Assembly (NCBI GenBank): GCA_963710605.1
Contig: CAVQBA010000006.1
Location: forward strand, 608,001-672,000
DNA length: 64,000 bases
Origin: an uncultured cyanobacterium
GTDB lineage: Bacteria > Cyanobacteriota > Cyanobacteriia > Cyanobacteriales > Cyanobacteriaceae
Direction of reading: 5' to 3'
Part shown: positions 32,261 through 47,649 of the stretch, piece after piece
Position numbering within the stretch: the first letter of the stretch is position 1
Layout of the letters: each line of letters starts with the position of its first letter
Notes under the pieces: generated by a model
What the model was told of the DNA's origin: nothing
Databases searched by the model: none
The model's input: only the letters and a program-made list of their open reading frames with translations
Position numbers and translations under genes: made by a program

Positions 32261-32535
32261 TCACAGATAGTAATTTATCAACTGGTTAGTTTTTTAGCAA
32301 GACAAATAAATTGATTAGAAAAACTAATCATTATTAAAGCAGTAAAATTAATAATTTATACTATTTTAACTATTACTAAGGCTATTAAATTTTGAATTAA
32401 ATCATATCTTTTAGCTAGTTATTTTTTTATCTCTTTATCAGGAAAAAACATATTAACTGTTTTTAATCATCGCAAAATTAATAACTTTAATATCCTTAAA
32501 AATCGTTAATAAATTCAGCATTGAAAATAATAAAT

Positions 32536-32991
32536 ATGGAAAACTTTGAAGAAATAAAAATTAGACTTAAAAAAAAATGGTTGCAATACTATAAACATAA
32601 CAGAACATGGATTAATAAATATTGTCAAGAAAACTGTTATGTCTCAGTCAAAGGTTCAATAGAAGGAGAAACATGGACAACGATCGAAAGAAGTTGGGAT
32701 GATCCAAACTATGCAGAAGTTCATCCACCTAGTGAATTAATTATTGGTGCAATTACCGCCTTAGAACCCTTATTAGCTCAATATTGGTTAACAGCTTTTG
32801 TTGATTTATATGCTAATAAAGAAAAAATAATTGTTGCCCTAGGCTTAAATTTTGACCCAGAATTAGAATTAAAAAAAATAGAACAAAAAAAGTGGGATAA
32901 AGAACAACTAGTTTTACAACCTGAATTGATTACCGAAGATACTCAAGAAACTGAAAATCGTTTTTTATCTACTAGTAAAATCGATACTTAA
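32536..32991 (+). CDS. DUF5331-like hypothetical protein
   Basis: LKKKWLQYY..N..WI, PSELIIG and LGLNFDPE motifs; ATG at 32536. Confidence 0.65.
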   Translation: MENFEEIKIRLKKKWLQYYKHNRTWINKYCQENCYVSVKGSIEGETWTTIERSWDDPNYAEVHPPSELIIGAITALEPLLAQYWLTAFVDLYANKEKIIVALGLNFDPELELKKIEQKKWDKEQLVLQPELITEDTQETENRFLSTSKIDT

Positions 32992-33235
32992 TTAACTCTG
33001 TTAAATAGTAATTAAAAGGATAGATTCAACTAATTTAGATTTAGTACTTTATAATTTATTTGATTATCGTCAAATTAAAATACTATTATTAATCTTTTTG
33101 TCAAGCATAATTTTAAAACTTATTATTTATTATTTTCAGAATCTTCATCACTGTTTTAAAATATAAATAAAAACTGATAAAATTATCTTTTATTGTCATT
33201 AAATTAACCATTTATCTCTTAGGCTTTAGCTGAGT

Positions 33236-35446
33236 ATGAATACAAACCAACAGACAAAGACAGGTTTAGGCACTTTTGGTGGTGTTTATACCCCTTCAAT
33301 TTTGACCATTTTAGGGGTGATCATGTACCTTCGTTTTGGCTGGGTAGTTGGCAATGTTGGCTTATTCGGTACTTTAATTATTGTTACCCTCTCCAACGTA
33401 ATTACTTTTTTAACCGCTTTATCTGTATGTGCGATCGCAACCGATCGAGTTATTCGTGCAGGAGGGGCTTATTACATGATTAGTCGCTCTTTAGGAATCG
33501 AAACAGGTGGGGCAGTAGGTGTACCCTTATATATTGCTCAAGCCCTATCAGTAGCTTTATATACCCTTGGTTTTGCCGAGAGCGTAGTTAGAGTATTTCC
33601 TTCGTTGTTAGAATATCAGTTATACATAGCCTTGGCGATTACCATTGGAGTCGGTATTCTTGCTTTTACTAGTGCCGAGATAGCAATTAAAGCACAATAC
33701 TTCATTATGGTAGCGATCGTTTTATCCTTAGTTTCCTTCGTCTTCGGACATCCTATCGAACCGACACAGATAGAATATTGGAATGATGAAGGAGAATCAT
33801 TTTGGATTGTTTTTGCTGTTTTCTTCCCCGCAGTTACAGGTATTATGGCGGGAGTTAATATGTCAGGTGACTTAAAAGAACCTTCTATTGCTTTACCAAA
33901 AGGCACATTATATGCTGTCGGTACAGGTTACTTAATTTACATGATTATCCCGATATTTTTATCATTAAGAGCTAATTCAAGTACTTTAATTAACGAACCC
34001 TTTATTATGGCGGATATGTCTTATTGGGGTGGTGCGATCGCCTTGGGAGTATGGGGAGCAACATTAAGTAGTGCGATCGGCAGTATTTTAGGTGCACCTA
34101 GAATTTTACAGGCATTAGCTAGAGACAAAATTTTTCCCCAATCATTGAATTTCCTCGGTAAAGGAAATGGCCCTCAAGATGAACCTCGTATCGGGACAAT
34201 TGTCACCTTAATCATTGCTGTTTTAGCAGTCTGTCTAGCTGATTTAAACTTAATTGCACCAATTTTGACAATGTTTTTCCTCACTACCTATTTAGTCTTA
34301 AATTTGTCAGCAGGAATAGAAAGTTTTTTGCAGTTACCCTCATTCAGACCAACATTTAAAGTACATTGGTCACTATCTTTTCTGGGTGCATTAGGATGTT
34401 TAGGAGTTATGTTTTTGATTAATGCCTTGGCTACGGTTGTTGCCGCCGTCATCGTATTAAGTATCTATTTTTATTTACAAACAAAAGAATTAAAAGTTAC
34501 TTGGGGAGATAGCCGTCGAGGAGTCTGGATGGCTTTTTTGCGTACAGGAATATATCAAGTTGATCACTTTCCCGATGCCAAGAAAGACGCTAAAAATTGG
34601 CGTCCTCATATACTAGCATTTGCTCGTAATCCTGAAAAAAACTGGTCTTTAATCGAGTTAGCAGATAGCTTTAATCACAATGGAATACTCACCGTCACTA
34701 AGATTATCCCTGAAGGAGAAGAGTATTATGAAAAAAATCAACTAGCACAAAAGGTCAAAGAATATCTTGAAACTAATAATATTCAAACTTTAGTTAAGAT
34801 AATTAGTTCTAACAACACCTTTGGTATCGTTCCCCAAATAGTCGAAACATACGGTATCGGGCCATTAATTCCTAATACTATTGTCTTAGGTGATAGTCAG
34901 GCTTCCTACACTAATAATTTCCAAAAACATCAACAATATTGCCAAATGATTAATTCATTACACCAATCAAAACGTAATATTGTAATTTTTAAAGAAAATA
35001 AAGAATTGAAATTTAACAACTATAAACGTATAGATGTTTGGTGGAGAGGGAAACAGGCAAATGGAAGTTTGATGCTTTTACTCGCTTATTTACTAAGAAA
35101 CGATTGGAGTTGGCGTAAAGCTAATGTTTATGTAAAAGTTATCTGTTATGATCCCCAAGAGCAACAAGAAATTAAAAGAAATTTGTCTAACTACATTAAG
35201 AAATTAAATATTAACTTTATTCCTGAGGTTATTGTTTCTAATGAAGATTTCTTTACTAATTTGAAAAAAAATTCAGGTGATGCCGATTTAATTTTTTTAG
35301 GTTTACCTAGATTATCAGCTAATTTCGAGCAAGATTATACTAATTTGCAAAAAGCAACTAACAACTTACCAACGATCGTTTTTGTTTTAGCATCAAATGA
35401 TTTTCTCTTTGAAGAAGTATTACAAAAAGACCAAGAGCCAAATTAA
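33236..35446 (+). CDS. Cation-chloride cotransporter (Na-K-Cl, SLC12-like)
   Basis: GVYTPSILTILGVIMYLR, GGAYYMISRSLG, FFPAVTGIMAG, NWRPHIL and IDVWW motifs. Confidence 0.93.
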   Translation: MNTNQQTKTGLGTFGGVYTPSILTILGVIMYLRFGWVVGNVGLFGTLIIVTLSNVITFLTALSVCAIATDRVIRAGGAYYMISRSLGIETGGAVGVPLYIAQALSVALYTLGFAESVVRVFPSLLEYQLYIALAITIGVGILAFTSAEIAIKAQYFIMVAIVLSLVSFVFGHPIEPTQIEYWNDEGESFWIVFAVFFPAVTGIMAGVNMSGDLKEPSIALPKGTLYAVGTGYLIYMIIPIFLSLRANSSTLINEPFIMADMSYWGGAIALGVWGATLSSAIGSILGAPRILQALARDKIFPQSLNFLGKGNGPQDEPRIGTIVTLIIAVLAVCLADLNLIAPILTMFFLTTYLVLNLSAGIESFLQLPSFRPTFKVHWSLSFLGALGCLGVMFLINALATVVAAVIVLSIYFYLQTKELKVTWGDSRRGVWMAFLRTGIYQVDHFPDAKKDAKNWRPHILAFARNPEKNWSLIELADSFNHNGILTVTKIIPEGEEYYEKNQLAQKVKEYLETNNIQTLVKIISSNNTFGIVPQIVETYGIGPLIPNTIVLGDSQASYTNNFQKHQQYCQMINSLHQSKRNIVIFKENKELKFNNYKRIDVWWRGKQANGSLMLLLAYLLRNDWSWRKANVYVKVICYDPQEQQEIKRNLSNYIKKLNINFIPEVIVSNEDFFTNLKKNSGDADLIFLGLPRLSANFEQDYTNLQKATNNLPTIVFVLASNDFLFEEVLQKDQEPN

Positions 35447-35826
35447 GTATAAACATATTAAATAGTTGAGAATAAATACAGTTCAACATTTACCCAAAAA
35501 ATTGCGATAAAAATTTTTGTGCTTATTTCGAGACTTTTTTTAAGATCATAATCTAAAACCACTTCTGTCCTTCGATCGTTTAAACAAGTTCAAGCTATTA
35601 CCAATTAAGAACCAACTAAAGACATAAAAGTATCTACTTATTCTGTTTATTCATAGATAGCCATTCTGATTAAATTTAACGACATCAGGATTAACAACAT
35701 TGTTTTACCGCTAATAACTTTCACCTTACTAGCTATTTGAACAAAAATAATAAAAAATTAAACCCTTGTAAATACTGATAAATATAGGGTGTTGTTTACC
35801 GAACAAAAAATAAATCGAAGTTAAGG

Positions 35827-35855
35827 TTGACAGTCGAGAAAATAGTGGTTATATT
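35827..35855 (+). promoter_or_regulatory. Sigma70-type rrn promoter
   Basis: TTGACA-17 nt-TATATT about 200 nt upstream of 16S, followed by boxA-like GAACCTCGACAAC. Confidence 0.8.
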
Positions 35856-36052
35856 AGTAATTGTGCGTTTGAGACATCAACACCTCGAAGCCGCACATTG
35901 AACCTCGACAACTTGATATTTTTTCTAGCAATCATTAGAAATATTTTCATAACATAAAACCTTGTCAAAAAATAGTTAAATCAAAAAACAGGAATAAGTC
36001 AATCATTATAAGTAGAAGCAACAATATGTTGCCCAAGCCGAAGTGATTAACT

Positions 36053-37543
<1,491 letters not shown>

Positions 37544-37637
37544 ATAAGGGAGACTCTAATTAATGGAGTCAGCAAGGAAAAGGAAATAAAAAAAAATGAA
37601 TTGCTAGAGAAAATAGAAAGATTGAGGGGGTTACAAT

Positions 37638-37711
<74 letters not shown>

Positions 37712-37715
37712 TGAT

Positions 37716-37791
37716 GGGGGTATAGCTCAGCTGGTAGAGCGCCTGCTTTGCAAGCAGGATGTCAGCGGTTCAAGTCCGCTTACTTCCACCA
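37716..37791 (+). tRNA. trnA: tRNA-Ala(UGC) with encoded CCA
   Basis: GGGGGTA/TACTTCC acceptor stem, TT-TGC-AA anticodon loop, ACCA end. Confidence 0.97.
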
Positions 37792-37949
37792 AAGAAAGAA
37801 AAAATAGAGAAAGAAAATTATTATTCAGCACCGTATCGAGTAGCGAGCGAATGCTGGACTGATAAAAGTTCAGAGAATGAACCTTGAAAACTGCATAGAA
37901 AAGAAAGATGAACGAAGACTTAATTAAATTGAATTGAGTTCAAGTGAAA

Positions 37950-40737
<2,788 letters not shown>

Positions 40738-40839
40738 AAAAAAGCATTTGAATTAAGAAGAAAATGAAATTGAGTCGGAAGTAATCGAGAAATCTATGCA
40801 GTCTTGAGGGGGATTTAAAGTAATCCTTTTCCAAACAAT

Positions 40840-40957
40840 AGCTGGTGTGTGCAGCGTTGTGGAACCACTACGAACCATCTCGAACTCGTGTGTGAAACGC
40901 AACAGCGGCGACGATACTGCGGGGGTAGCCCTTTGGGACAATAGTTCCATGCCAGCT
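40840..40957 (+). rRNA. rrf: 5S rRNA
   Basis: GCTGGTG/ATGCCAGC terminal helix and CCATCTCGAACTCG..GTGAAAC motif. Confidence 0.95.
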
Positions 40958-40979
40958 TTACCAATCGAATCTCAAAATC

Positions 40980-41015
40980 AAAAAAGAACTCTTTAATACA
41001 AGGGTTCTTTTTTTT
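40980..41015 (+). terminator. Intrinsic terminator of rrn
   Basis: AAAAAAGAACTCTT-loop-AAGGGTTCTTTTTTTT. Confidence 0.85.
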
Positions 41016-41022
41016 GCTTAAT

Positions 41023-41379
41023 AGACATCTCCAAAAACTATCTAAGCTTCTGTCAATTTGAGTTTACACCATCAATGTTAGTCAAACATATTTATTTAAC
41101 AATGTTAACAAAATTTCGTCTGTCAGAGTTAATTTCTTTTTTCATCTACCTCTAGGAGAAATAATAGTCGGATTGTTTAAGGCATTTATCTTTTATCTTA
41201 TCCTTTTTATTTCTTGAGCGATCTCGACTAAATTGATAAATTGTTCATAGGTAATACCAATTATTCTTTTTGTTTGCAGAGGATAATCGTCAATATATTC
41301 TAAAATTTGATTGACAATTTAATTTCTAATTTTTTATTTATTCTAATTATATTCGCTATTTTCTATTTTGAAGATGTCT
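41023..41379 (-). mobile_element. Internally deleted IS remnant (IS5-family / ISL2-like) with TIRs, AAT target duplication and decayed transposase N-terminus
   Basis: AAT|AGACATCTCCAAAA ... TTTTGAAGATGTCT|AAT. Minus strand gives NQILEYIDDYPLQTKRIIGITYEQFINLV...*...IISPRGR*KKKLTLTDEILLTL, resembling the HTH_Tnp_4 region. Confidence 0.75.
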
Positions 41380-43117
41380 AATAGCCAGTAGTTAAAGATT
41401 CTCGACGACGTGTATCGGAAAATCCATATAAAAACTGATCGACTTTCATAATACTTTGAGTACTACCCATTGCTCTACTAAGCTCTATATTATGTTCTTT
41501 TTCGATTAGTAAATTACGAGTATCCTGATTAATACTTTCTTCAATAAATAATTTGTCTGGTAGCCATTGATGATGAATTCTTGGTGCGATTGTTGCTTCG
41601 GCTATATTCATCTGAAAATTAATGACATTAAGTACTATTTGCAATACTGTTGTGATAATTCGGCTACCACCAGGGCTACCCGTTACTAAAAATACCCGAT
41701 CGTCTTTAAGTACGATCGTCGGTGTCATGGAACTTAACATTCTTTTTTCAGGAGCGATCGCATTGAATTCTCCTCCTGTTAAACCATAGGCATTAGGTAC
41801 ACCTATTTTAGCGACAAAATCATCCATTTCATTATTAAGTAGAATACCTGTATTAGGAACAGTAATACCGCTACCATAACTAAAGTTTAAAGTGTAGGTA
41901 TTAGCTACTGCATTACCATCTTTATCTACTACTGAATAATGAGTTGTGTCGTTACTTTCTTGATATTTTAAAGGATTATGAGGAGCTATTTCATTACTAG
42001 GTGTAGCTCGATTTTGATTAATTTTTGTTCTTAACTCATCAGCATATTTTTGAGATACTAAACCATTAATAGGAACAGTTACAAAATCAGGATCACCTAA
42101 ATATTTAGATCGATCGGCATATGCTAATTTCATGGTTTCGGTAAGCAAATGGATAGTTTTAGCTGTATTATGACCGAACGCTTGTAAATCGAAAGGTGCT
42201 AAAATATTCAACATTTGAATTAAATGTACACCACCAGAGCTAGGCGGAGGCATCGAATAAATATCATAACCTCGATAATTACCTTGTATCGGTTTTCTAA
42301 TAACAGGTTGATAATTAGCTAAATCTTCTAAACTAATTAATCCCCCACCTGCTTTCATTTCATTGACTAATTCTTGAGCAATTTGACCTTGATAAAAAGC
42401 ACTTTTTCCTTGGGTAGCAATTAATTTTAAACTATGAGCTAAATCAGGTTGTTTTAATTTTTTACCGACAACTAAAAGTTGATCATCAGGATAAAAAATT
42501 GTTTTACTTTCAGAGTGTCGTTGTAAAGTATTACTCGCAAAAACTAAAGAATCAGCTAAATCTTGGGTAACAATAAAACCATTTTCGGCTAAATCGATCG
42601 CTGGTTGTAATGCTCTAGTCAAAGGAATTGTGCCATATTTATCTAATGCCATTGCTAAACCAGCTACTGTACCAGGTACACCTACAGCTAAATGACTATA
42701 ACGAGACTTATCTTTATCAACTTCTCCTTGCTCATTCAAAAACATATCCGCTGTAGCTAATAAAGGGGCTTTTTCTCTGTAATCTAAAGCAATATTTTGA
42801 TTATCCTCAGCCAAATGAATCATCATAAATCCACCACCGCCTATATTACCTGCCCGTGGTAAAGTGACAGCTAAGGCAAAACCAACCGTAACAGCCGCAT
42901 CAACAGCGTTACCTCCTTCTTTTAAGACTTGTAAGCCTGCTTCTGTAGCTAACTTTTCTTGGCTAGAAACCATAGCATTATTAGCGGTAACAGGATGAAA
43001 AATTGATTGGGTATCGTAGATTGGTGCTGTTTGACTAAAACTACTTTGAATAGTGATAATAAAGATAAAGGCAATAGCGAATACGAATAAATAGATTTTT
43101 TGCCTAATAATTCTCAT
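41378..43117 (-). CDS. ggt: Gamma-glutamyltransferase
   Basis: GGNAVDAA, DYREKAP, TTHYSV (catalytic Thr), LLNNEMDDF and GSPGGSRI motifs. Confidence 0.97.
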   Translation of the reverse strand: MRIIRQKIYLFVFAIAFIFIITIQSSFSQTAPIYDTQSIFHPVTANNAMVSSQEKLATEAGLQVLKEGGNAVDAAVTVGFALAVTLPRAGNIGGGGFMMIHLAEDNQNIALDYREKAPLLATADMFLNEQGEVDKDKSRYSHLAVGVPGTVAGLAMALDKYGTIPLTRALQPAIDLAENGFIVTQDLADSLVFASNTLQRHSESKTIFYPDDQLLVVGKKLKQPDLAHSLKLIATQGKSAFYQGQIAQELVNEMKAGGGLISLEDLANYQPVIRKPIQGNYRGYDIYSMPPPSSGGVHLIQMLNILAPFDLQAFGHNTAKTIHLLTETMKLAYADRSKYLGDPDFVTVPINGLVSQKYADELRTKINQNRATPSNEIAPHNPLKYQESNDTTHYSVVDKDGNAVANTYTLNFSYGSGITVPNTGILLNNEMDDFVAKIGVPNAYGLTGGEFNAIAPEKRMLSSMTPTIVLKDDRVFLVTGSPGGSRIITTVLQIVLNVINFQMNIAEATIAPRIHHQWLPDKLFIEESINQDTRNLLIEKEHNIELSRAMGSTQSIMKVDQFLYGFSDTRRRESLTTGY

Positions 43118-43171
43118 GAATAAATCCTGATTGATGAGTATTTTGTTTTTAGGTTATCACTTTTTCAGTCT

Positions 43172-43636
43172 TTATTTGGTTAATTTTTTCCATAAAATTA
43201 AAGCATCTTCTCCTGTTTTTTGATAATATTTTTTTCTTCTTCCTGCTTCTTTAAAATCAAATCTTTGGTATAATTTTAAAGCTTTAATATTATTTTCAGA
43301 AACTTCTAAGGTTGCTGTTTTTAATTTTCTTTTATTAATTTCTCTTAATAATTTTTCAAGTAAATATTTGCCATAACCTTGATTTTGGAAATCAGGATGA
43401 ATGGCTAATATAGTAATATGTGCTTCGTCTAAAATAGCCCAAAAACAAGCAAGACCAATTACTTTTTCTGTACAATTAATATTTATTGTGATGATTAACA
43501 AACAACTATTAGGACTATTAATTTCTCGTATATAACCGTCTTTACTCCATAAGCCACCAAAACAAAGATAATCTAATTCTAAAACTTGCTCTAATTCTTT
43601 TTCTGATAGTGATTTTGTTTTTATATTTTCGAGCAT
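43172..43636 (-). CDS. rimI: Ribosomal-protein-alanine N-acetyltransferase
   Basis: EAHITILAIHP, QNQGYG, TLEVSENN and RRKKYY..GEDA motifs. Confidence 0.9.
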   Translation of the reverse strand: MLENIKTKSLSEKELEQVLELDYLCFGGLWSKDGYIREINSPNSCLLIITININCTEKVIGLACFWAILDEAHITILAIHPDFQNQGYGKYLLEKLLREINKRKLKTATLEVSENNIKALKLYQRFDFKEAGRRKKYYQKTGEDALILWKKLTK

Positions 43637-43841
43637 CTTTTTTGGGATAAAATAATTAGGTTAAATTATAGTTGATTGATTTTATCTTTCGATTTGTAAT
43701 CTGTATTAAATTGATACTTACTACGAGGATAAATAATTACGATCGTGTTTAATTTCATTTTCAGGTAACATATGTCAATACTCATAGCTTTAAACTAGAT
43801 AGAATAATTATTGAGGACTCTATCCTATTATCAATCAATCA

Positions 43842-44505
43842 ATGGAAATATTAGAACAATCGTTACTAACTACCGATATCAAAAAAGCTAAACAGATACA
43901 GATTGTTGGGCAACAAAAAGTTATTACTGAAGATAGATTAAAGCAAGTTAATTATGTAGCTGGTGTTGATGCGGGGTATAAAAGTAAAGAGCAAATTAGT
44001 AAAGCGGCGATCGTTATTTTAGCATTTCCTAGTTTAGAATTAATCGAAAAAGCGAACGTAGAAATTCCGACGGTTTTTCCTTATGTATCTGGTTATCTAT
44101 CATGAGTGAGAAATACCCGCTATTTTAGAAGTAATCAAAAAAAAAGTAAATATTACTCCTGATTTAATTTTATGTGATGGACAAGGTATAGCTCATCCCC
44201 GCCGTTTTGGTTTGGCTTCTCATTTAGGAGTGATGCTAGATTTACCAACGATTGGGGTAGCTAAAAGCAGATTGATAGGTGAACATGAAGAAGTAGATAA
44301 AGAAAAAGGTAGCTGGGAATATTTAAAACACCAAAATGAAACTATTGGAGCGGTAGTACGTACTCGTACTAATGTTAAACCACTTTATATTTCGATCGGT
44401 CATAAAATTAGTTTACCGACTGCGATCGATTATTTGTTTAAATGTCTGACTAAATACCGTTTACCTGAAACTACCCGTCATGCTGATCGTTTAGCGTCTC
44501 ATTAA
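43842..44505 (+). pseudogene. nfi: Endonuclease V, split by a TGA stop and a 1-nt frameshift at 44103-44110
   Basis: VAGVDAG..FPYVSGYLS* in one frame, then [46 protein letters not shown] in the next. Confidence 0.9.
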
Positions 44506-44571
44506 CTTAAAGTAGTGTATATTTTTTAAATAGTTTGTGTTATGATAGTCTGTTAGATAATTATGCTTATT

Positions 44572-44645
44572 GCTACCTTAGCTCAATTTGGTAGAGCAAC
44601 TCATTCGTAATGAGTAGGCTGTCGGTTCAAGTCCGATAGGTAGCT
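44572..44645 (+). tRNA. trnT: tRNA-Thr(CGU)
   Basis: GCTACCT/AGGTAGC acceptor stem, ACTCA-TT-CGT-AA-TGAGT anticodon arm, GTTCAAG T-loop. Confidence 0.93.
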
Positions 44646-44860
44646 TTTAAAAAGTTAGTCGTTGAAAGAGTACAAAGATCAAGATAATCAAGAATTGAGA
44701 TTAATCTCTACTCAAGACGTATCTTTGATAATTTTAGATTTGATACTAACTAAAATCTAAACTCAAGCTATAAATAAAGCAATGAGTCAATGACGCTTCA
44801 TTTATAAATATTAATCATACTGATAAACTCTCAGATTTACTGCAATTAGAGTAATTATGG

Positions 44861-45574
44861 TTACAGTCTGACCAAAATATTATTGCCATGAGTATCTGTT
44901 CCACAAGTAGTGTACAAATTATACTTACTAGCTAGTTTTTTGGTGATTTGAGTTTGCTCTTGACTAGCTTGCCACGGCTTAGGATTACCATAAGCATAAT
45001 AAGCCTCAACTCCATCAATTTCTGATTCATAGGCTTCTAATATTAATTCTCTTCCTGAGCGACGATAACGGAATGGATGTGCTAAGACAACTAATCCACC
45101 TGCTTGATGAAGCGCTTCAATCACTTTTTTGGCTTCGGCAAGTTTTCCCTTAGGGCTTTCTCCTGTTAAATATTTCTGAATACTTGTCGCTTTAGGATCA
45201 AAAGCATATCCTAGTATATGTACAACTGTACCGTTCAGCTTACTTGTAATTTCAATCCCACTCCACAAATAAGGTAAAGCTGAAGTATTAGATGGAGAAA
45301 CTTTTTTTTGCTCTAGCCATTTTTTGGCACGGTAAAAACCATTCATTGTATGATGATCTGTAATAGCTAATCCTTTTAATCCGAGAGAAATTGCTTGTTC
45401 TATCAATGATTCAGGACTTAGCTTACCGTCAGAACAATTAGTATGTAAATGAAAGTTATAGTCGTATGGACAGCTATTTTCTGTTAATGTCTCCCAAGTT
45501 GTTGCTAACTTCAAGACCTCTTGGTTAGCATTATTAACAGATGATCTTGATTTTGTTTTTGTTGTTACTAGCAT
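44861..45574 (-). CDS. PHP-domain metal-dependent phosphoesterase
   Basis: HLHTNCSDG, ITDHH, VHILGY, LAHP and GTDTHG motifs. Confidence 0.92.
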   Translation of the reverse strand: MLVTTKTKSRSSVNNANQEVLKLATTWETLTENSCPYDYNFHLHTNCSDGKLSPESLIEQAISLGLKGLAITDHHTMNGFYRAKKWLEQKKVSPSNTSALPYLWSGIEITSKLNGTVVHILGYAFDPKATSIQKYLTGESPKGKLAEAKKVIEALHQAGGLVVLAHPFRYRRSGRELILEAYESEIDGVEAYYAYGNPKPWQASQEQTQITKKLASKYNLYTTCGTDTHGNNILVRL

Positions 45575-45831
45575 TTTTTGACAAAATTATTGCTAATTGT
45601 TAAGTTTAATTTAACAAATATTTGCTGATGTTGATCGTTATTTCATTGAAAATTATTATTTTTCTGATTTAACTATTTTATTTTAAGTAGAAATACGTAG
45701 ATGACATCAAATAAATTTTATTTTACTTAAATAAACCTAGCTTGAGTAAACAAACTGTTAAACTATTAGACGAGTAACTAAAATGAACAGAAAATAATTT
45801 TATCTTCGTGATGTTTGTTGATTATTAATCT

Positions 45832-46620
45832 ATGCGTATTTTAATTAGTAATGATGATGGTTTTTTTGCTTTAGGTATTCGTACTCTTGCTAATCGAATG
45901 GCAAAAGAAGGGTATGAGGTTATAGTTGTTGCCCCAGATCGGGAACGATTGGCTACAGGGCATGGTTTAACTCTTCATCAACCGATTCGTGCTGATCAAA
46001 TAAAAGATATTTTTGTCCCTGAAATTGAAGCTTGGTCTTGTTCAGGTACACCTTCTGATTGCGTTAAATTGGGCTTGAGTGCAATTTTAGATACACCACC
46101 TGATTTTGTGTTGTCGGGGGTTAATAAAGGACCAAATTTGGGGACTGACGTACTTTATTCGGGGACTGTGTCTGCGGCGATGGAAGGAACGATCGATGGA
46201 GTTTCTAGTATTGCTTTTAGTTTGGCTAGTTTTACTTGTGAAGATTTTGACGCATCGGCTAATTATGCGGTTAAGTTAATTAAAGAATTAATTGCTAATC
46301 CTTTACCTAAAAGTACTTTACTTAGTGTTAATATACCGGCTGTCAGTGAAGATGAAATTGCCGGAGTCAAAGTTACTCGTCAAGGTATCCGACGTTATCA
46401 AGAAAGTTTTCAAAAAAGACATGACCCTCGTGGTCGCACTTATTATTGGTTAGCAGGAGAATTAGTTGAGGAAATAGAACAACCTGAACATATTTATTTA
46501 CCTCCCGATTTACCGACAGATGTTCAAGCTAGTAAGGAAAATTACATCACTATTACACCTTTACAATACAATCTAACTGATGCAGTAGCAGTAACAAAAT
46601 TACAGCAAATTTATCTTTAA
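45832..46620 (+). CDS. surE: 5'/3'-nucleotidase SurE
   Basis: [23 protein letters not shown] and YSGTVSAA motifs. Confidence 0.95.
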   Translation: MRILISNDDGFFALGIRTLANRMAKEGYEVIVVAPDRERLATGHGLTLHQPIRADQIKDIFVPEIEAWSCSGTPSDCVKLGLSAILDTPPDFVLSGVNKGPNLGTDVLYSGTVSAAMEGTIDGVSSIAFSLASFTCEDFDASANYAVKLIKELIANPLPKSTLLSVNIPAVSEDEIAGVKVTRQGIRRYQESFQKRHDPRGRTYYWLAGELVEEIEQPEHIYLPPDLPTDVQASKENYITITPLQYNLTDAVAVTKLQQIYL

Positions 46621-46965
46621 AAATCTTCAATAATTTATCTTTGTAGAGGTAATTAATAATCAATAATTAACAATTGATTACGTTGGAAAATTTGCTGTTT
46701 TGAAAAGAGTAATTATTCAATCAATTAATCAAAAGATCAATCTATTTTTAGTTATTTTTTGACTATTAATAGTTACTACTTAAATTTTAAAAGTTAATCA
46801 GTCTGAGTGTTTCAATTATAAGTAATGTTTAGTTAGTGATGATTAATCTGTATTGAAACTATAGTTGCTTGTAATTAAAAATTGCTGATTACTTATTGTT
46901 ATGGTCACAAACCATGATATTCTTGATTTTACCAACTGTTTTCATCTTGCTTGACTCATATAATT

Positions 46966-47553
46966 ATGTCCTCCCAATTTTATTCAGAAAGTGGCTCTTA
47001 TGATGATACTGAGATCGTCACTATTTATGATTATGAAGGGCGATCGCTAGATTGTTATATTGAAAATGAAATTGAATATACAAATACTATTTACGTACTG
47101 CTAATGCCGATCGATTTAGCGATCGTTATTTTAAAAGAGCAAAGTCCAACTCATCAGAATCTTGAAGAGGGGGAGACAGTTATTGTAGAAGATAGTGAAG
47201 AACTTAAACTAATTTTTGACGATGCTAAAGCAGTTTTAGGTGAGTTAAATCTTTATCTTAAACATACAGGATTTATGCTCAGTGCGAGTGGCGAATTACC
47301 ACCTTTAGAAGAAGAAAATATAATTAGTTTAGAACTTGATGAAAATGATGGTGAAATAGAAGGCGATGAATTACAATTTTTAGCTAGTTTTTATTCATCA
47401 AAACAAAAATATAATTTATATACTCCTCTAAGTCCACTTTTATTTATCGGCGAAAAAAGGAAAAGTGGAAAAATTCATATTTTTCAAGAAGATGACGATC
47501 GATTCTCCATCATTCTAGAAGAATTATTATTTGATGATTACGACGATCATTGA
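46966..47553 (+). CDS. DUF3727-like acidic hypothetical protein
   Basis: GRSLDCYIE, IFDDAKAVLGE and GELPP motifs; ATG at 46966. Confidence 0.75.
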   Translation: MSSQFYSESGSYDDTEIVTIYDYEGRSLDCYIENEIEYTNTIYVLLMPIDLAIVILKEQSPTHQNLEEGETVIVEDSEELKLIFDDAKAVLGELNLYLKHTGFMLSASGELPPLEEENIISLELDENDGEIEGDELQFLASFYSSKQKYNLYTPLSPLLFIGEKRKSGKIHIFQEDDDRFSIILEELLFDDYDDH

Positions 47554-47586
47554 TTGTCAATAATTATTTTAATTTTTTAATCATTA

Positions 47587-47610
47587 GTAGGGTGGGCAAT
47601 GCCCACCTTA
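47587..47610 (+). repeat. GTAG-type REP-like hairpin
   Basis: GTAGGGTGGGCAATGCCCACCTTA; similar GTAG hairpins near 9351 and 23129. Confidence 0.6.
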
Positions 47611-47649
47611 ATTTTTTACTAATAGCAAACTGCTAAAAATCTAATTTAA

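Noticed and set aside
44572-44645. tRNA-Thr as an integration site for an island or prophage
   Set aside because: No integrase, no duplicated tRNA 3' end seen, and the flanking genes are housekeeping.
46818-46859. GTTTCAAT...ATTGAAAC resembling CRISPR repeat ends
   Set aside because: Single occurrence with no repeat-spacer periodicity.
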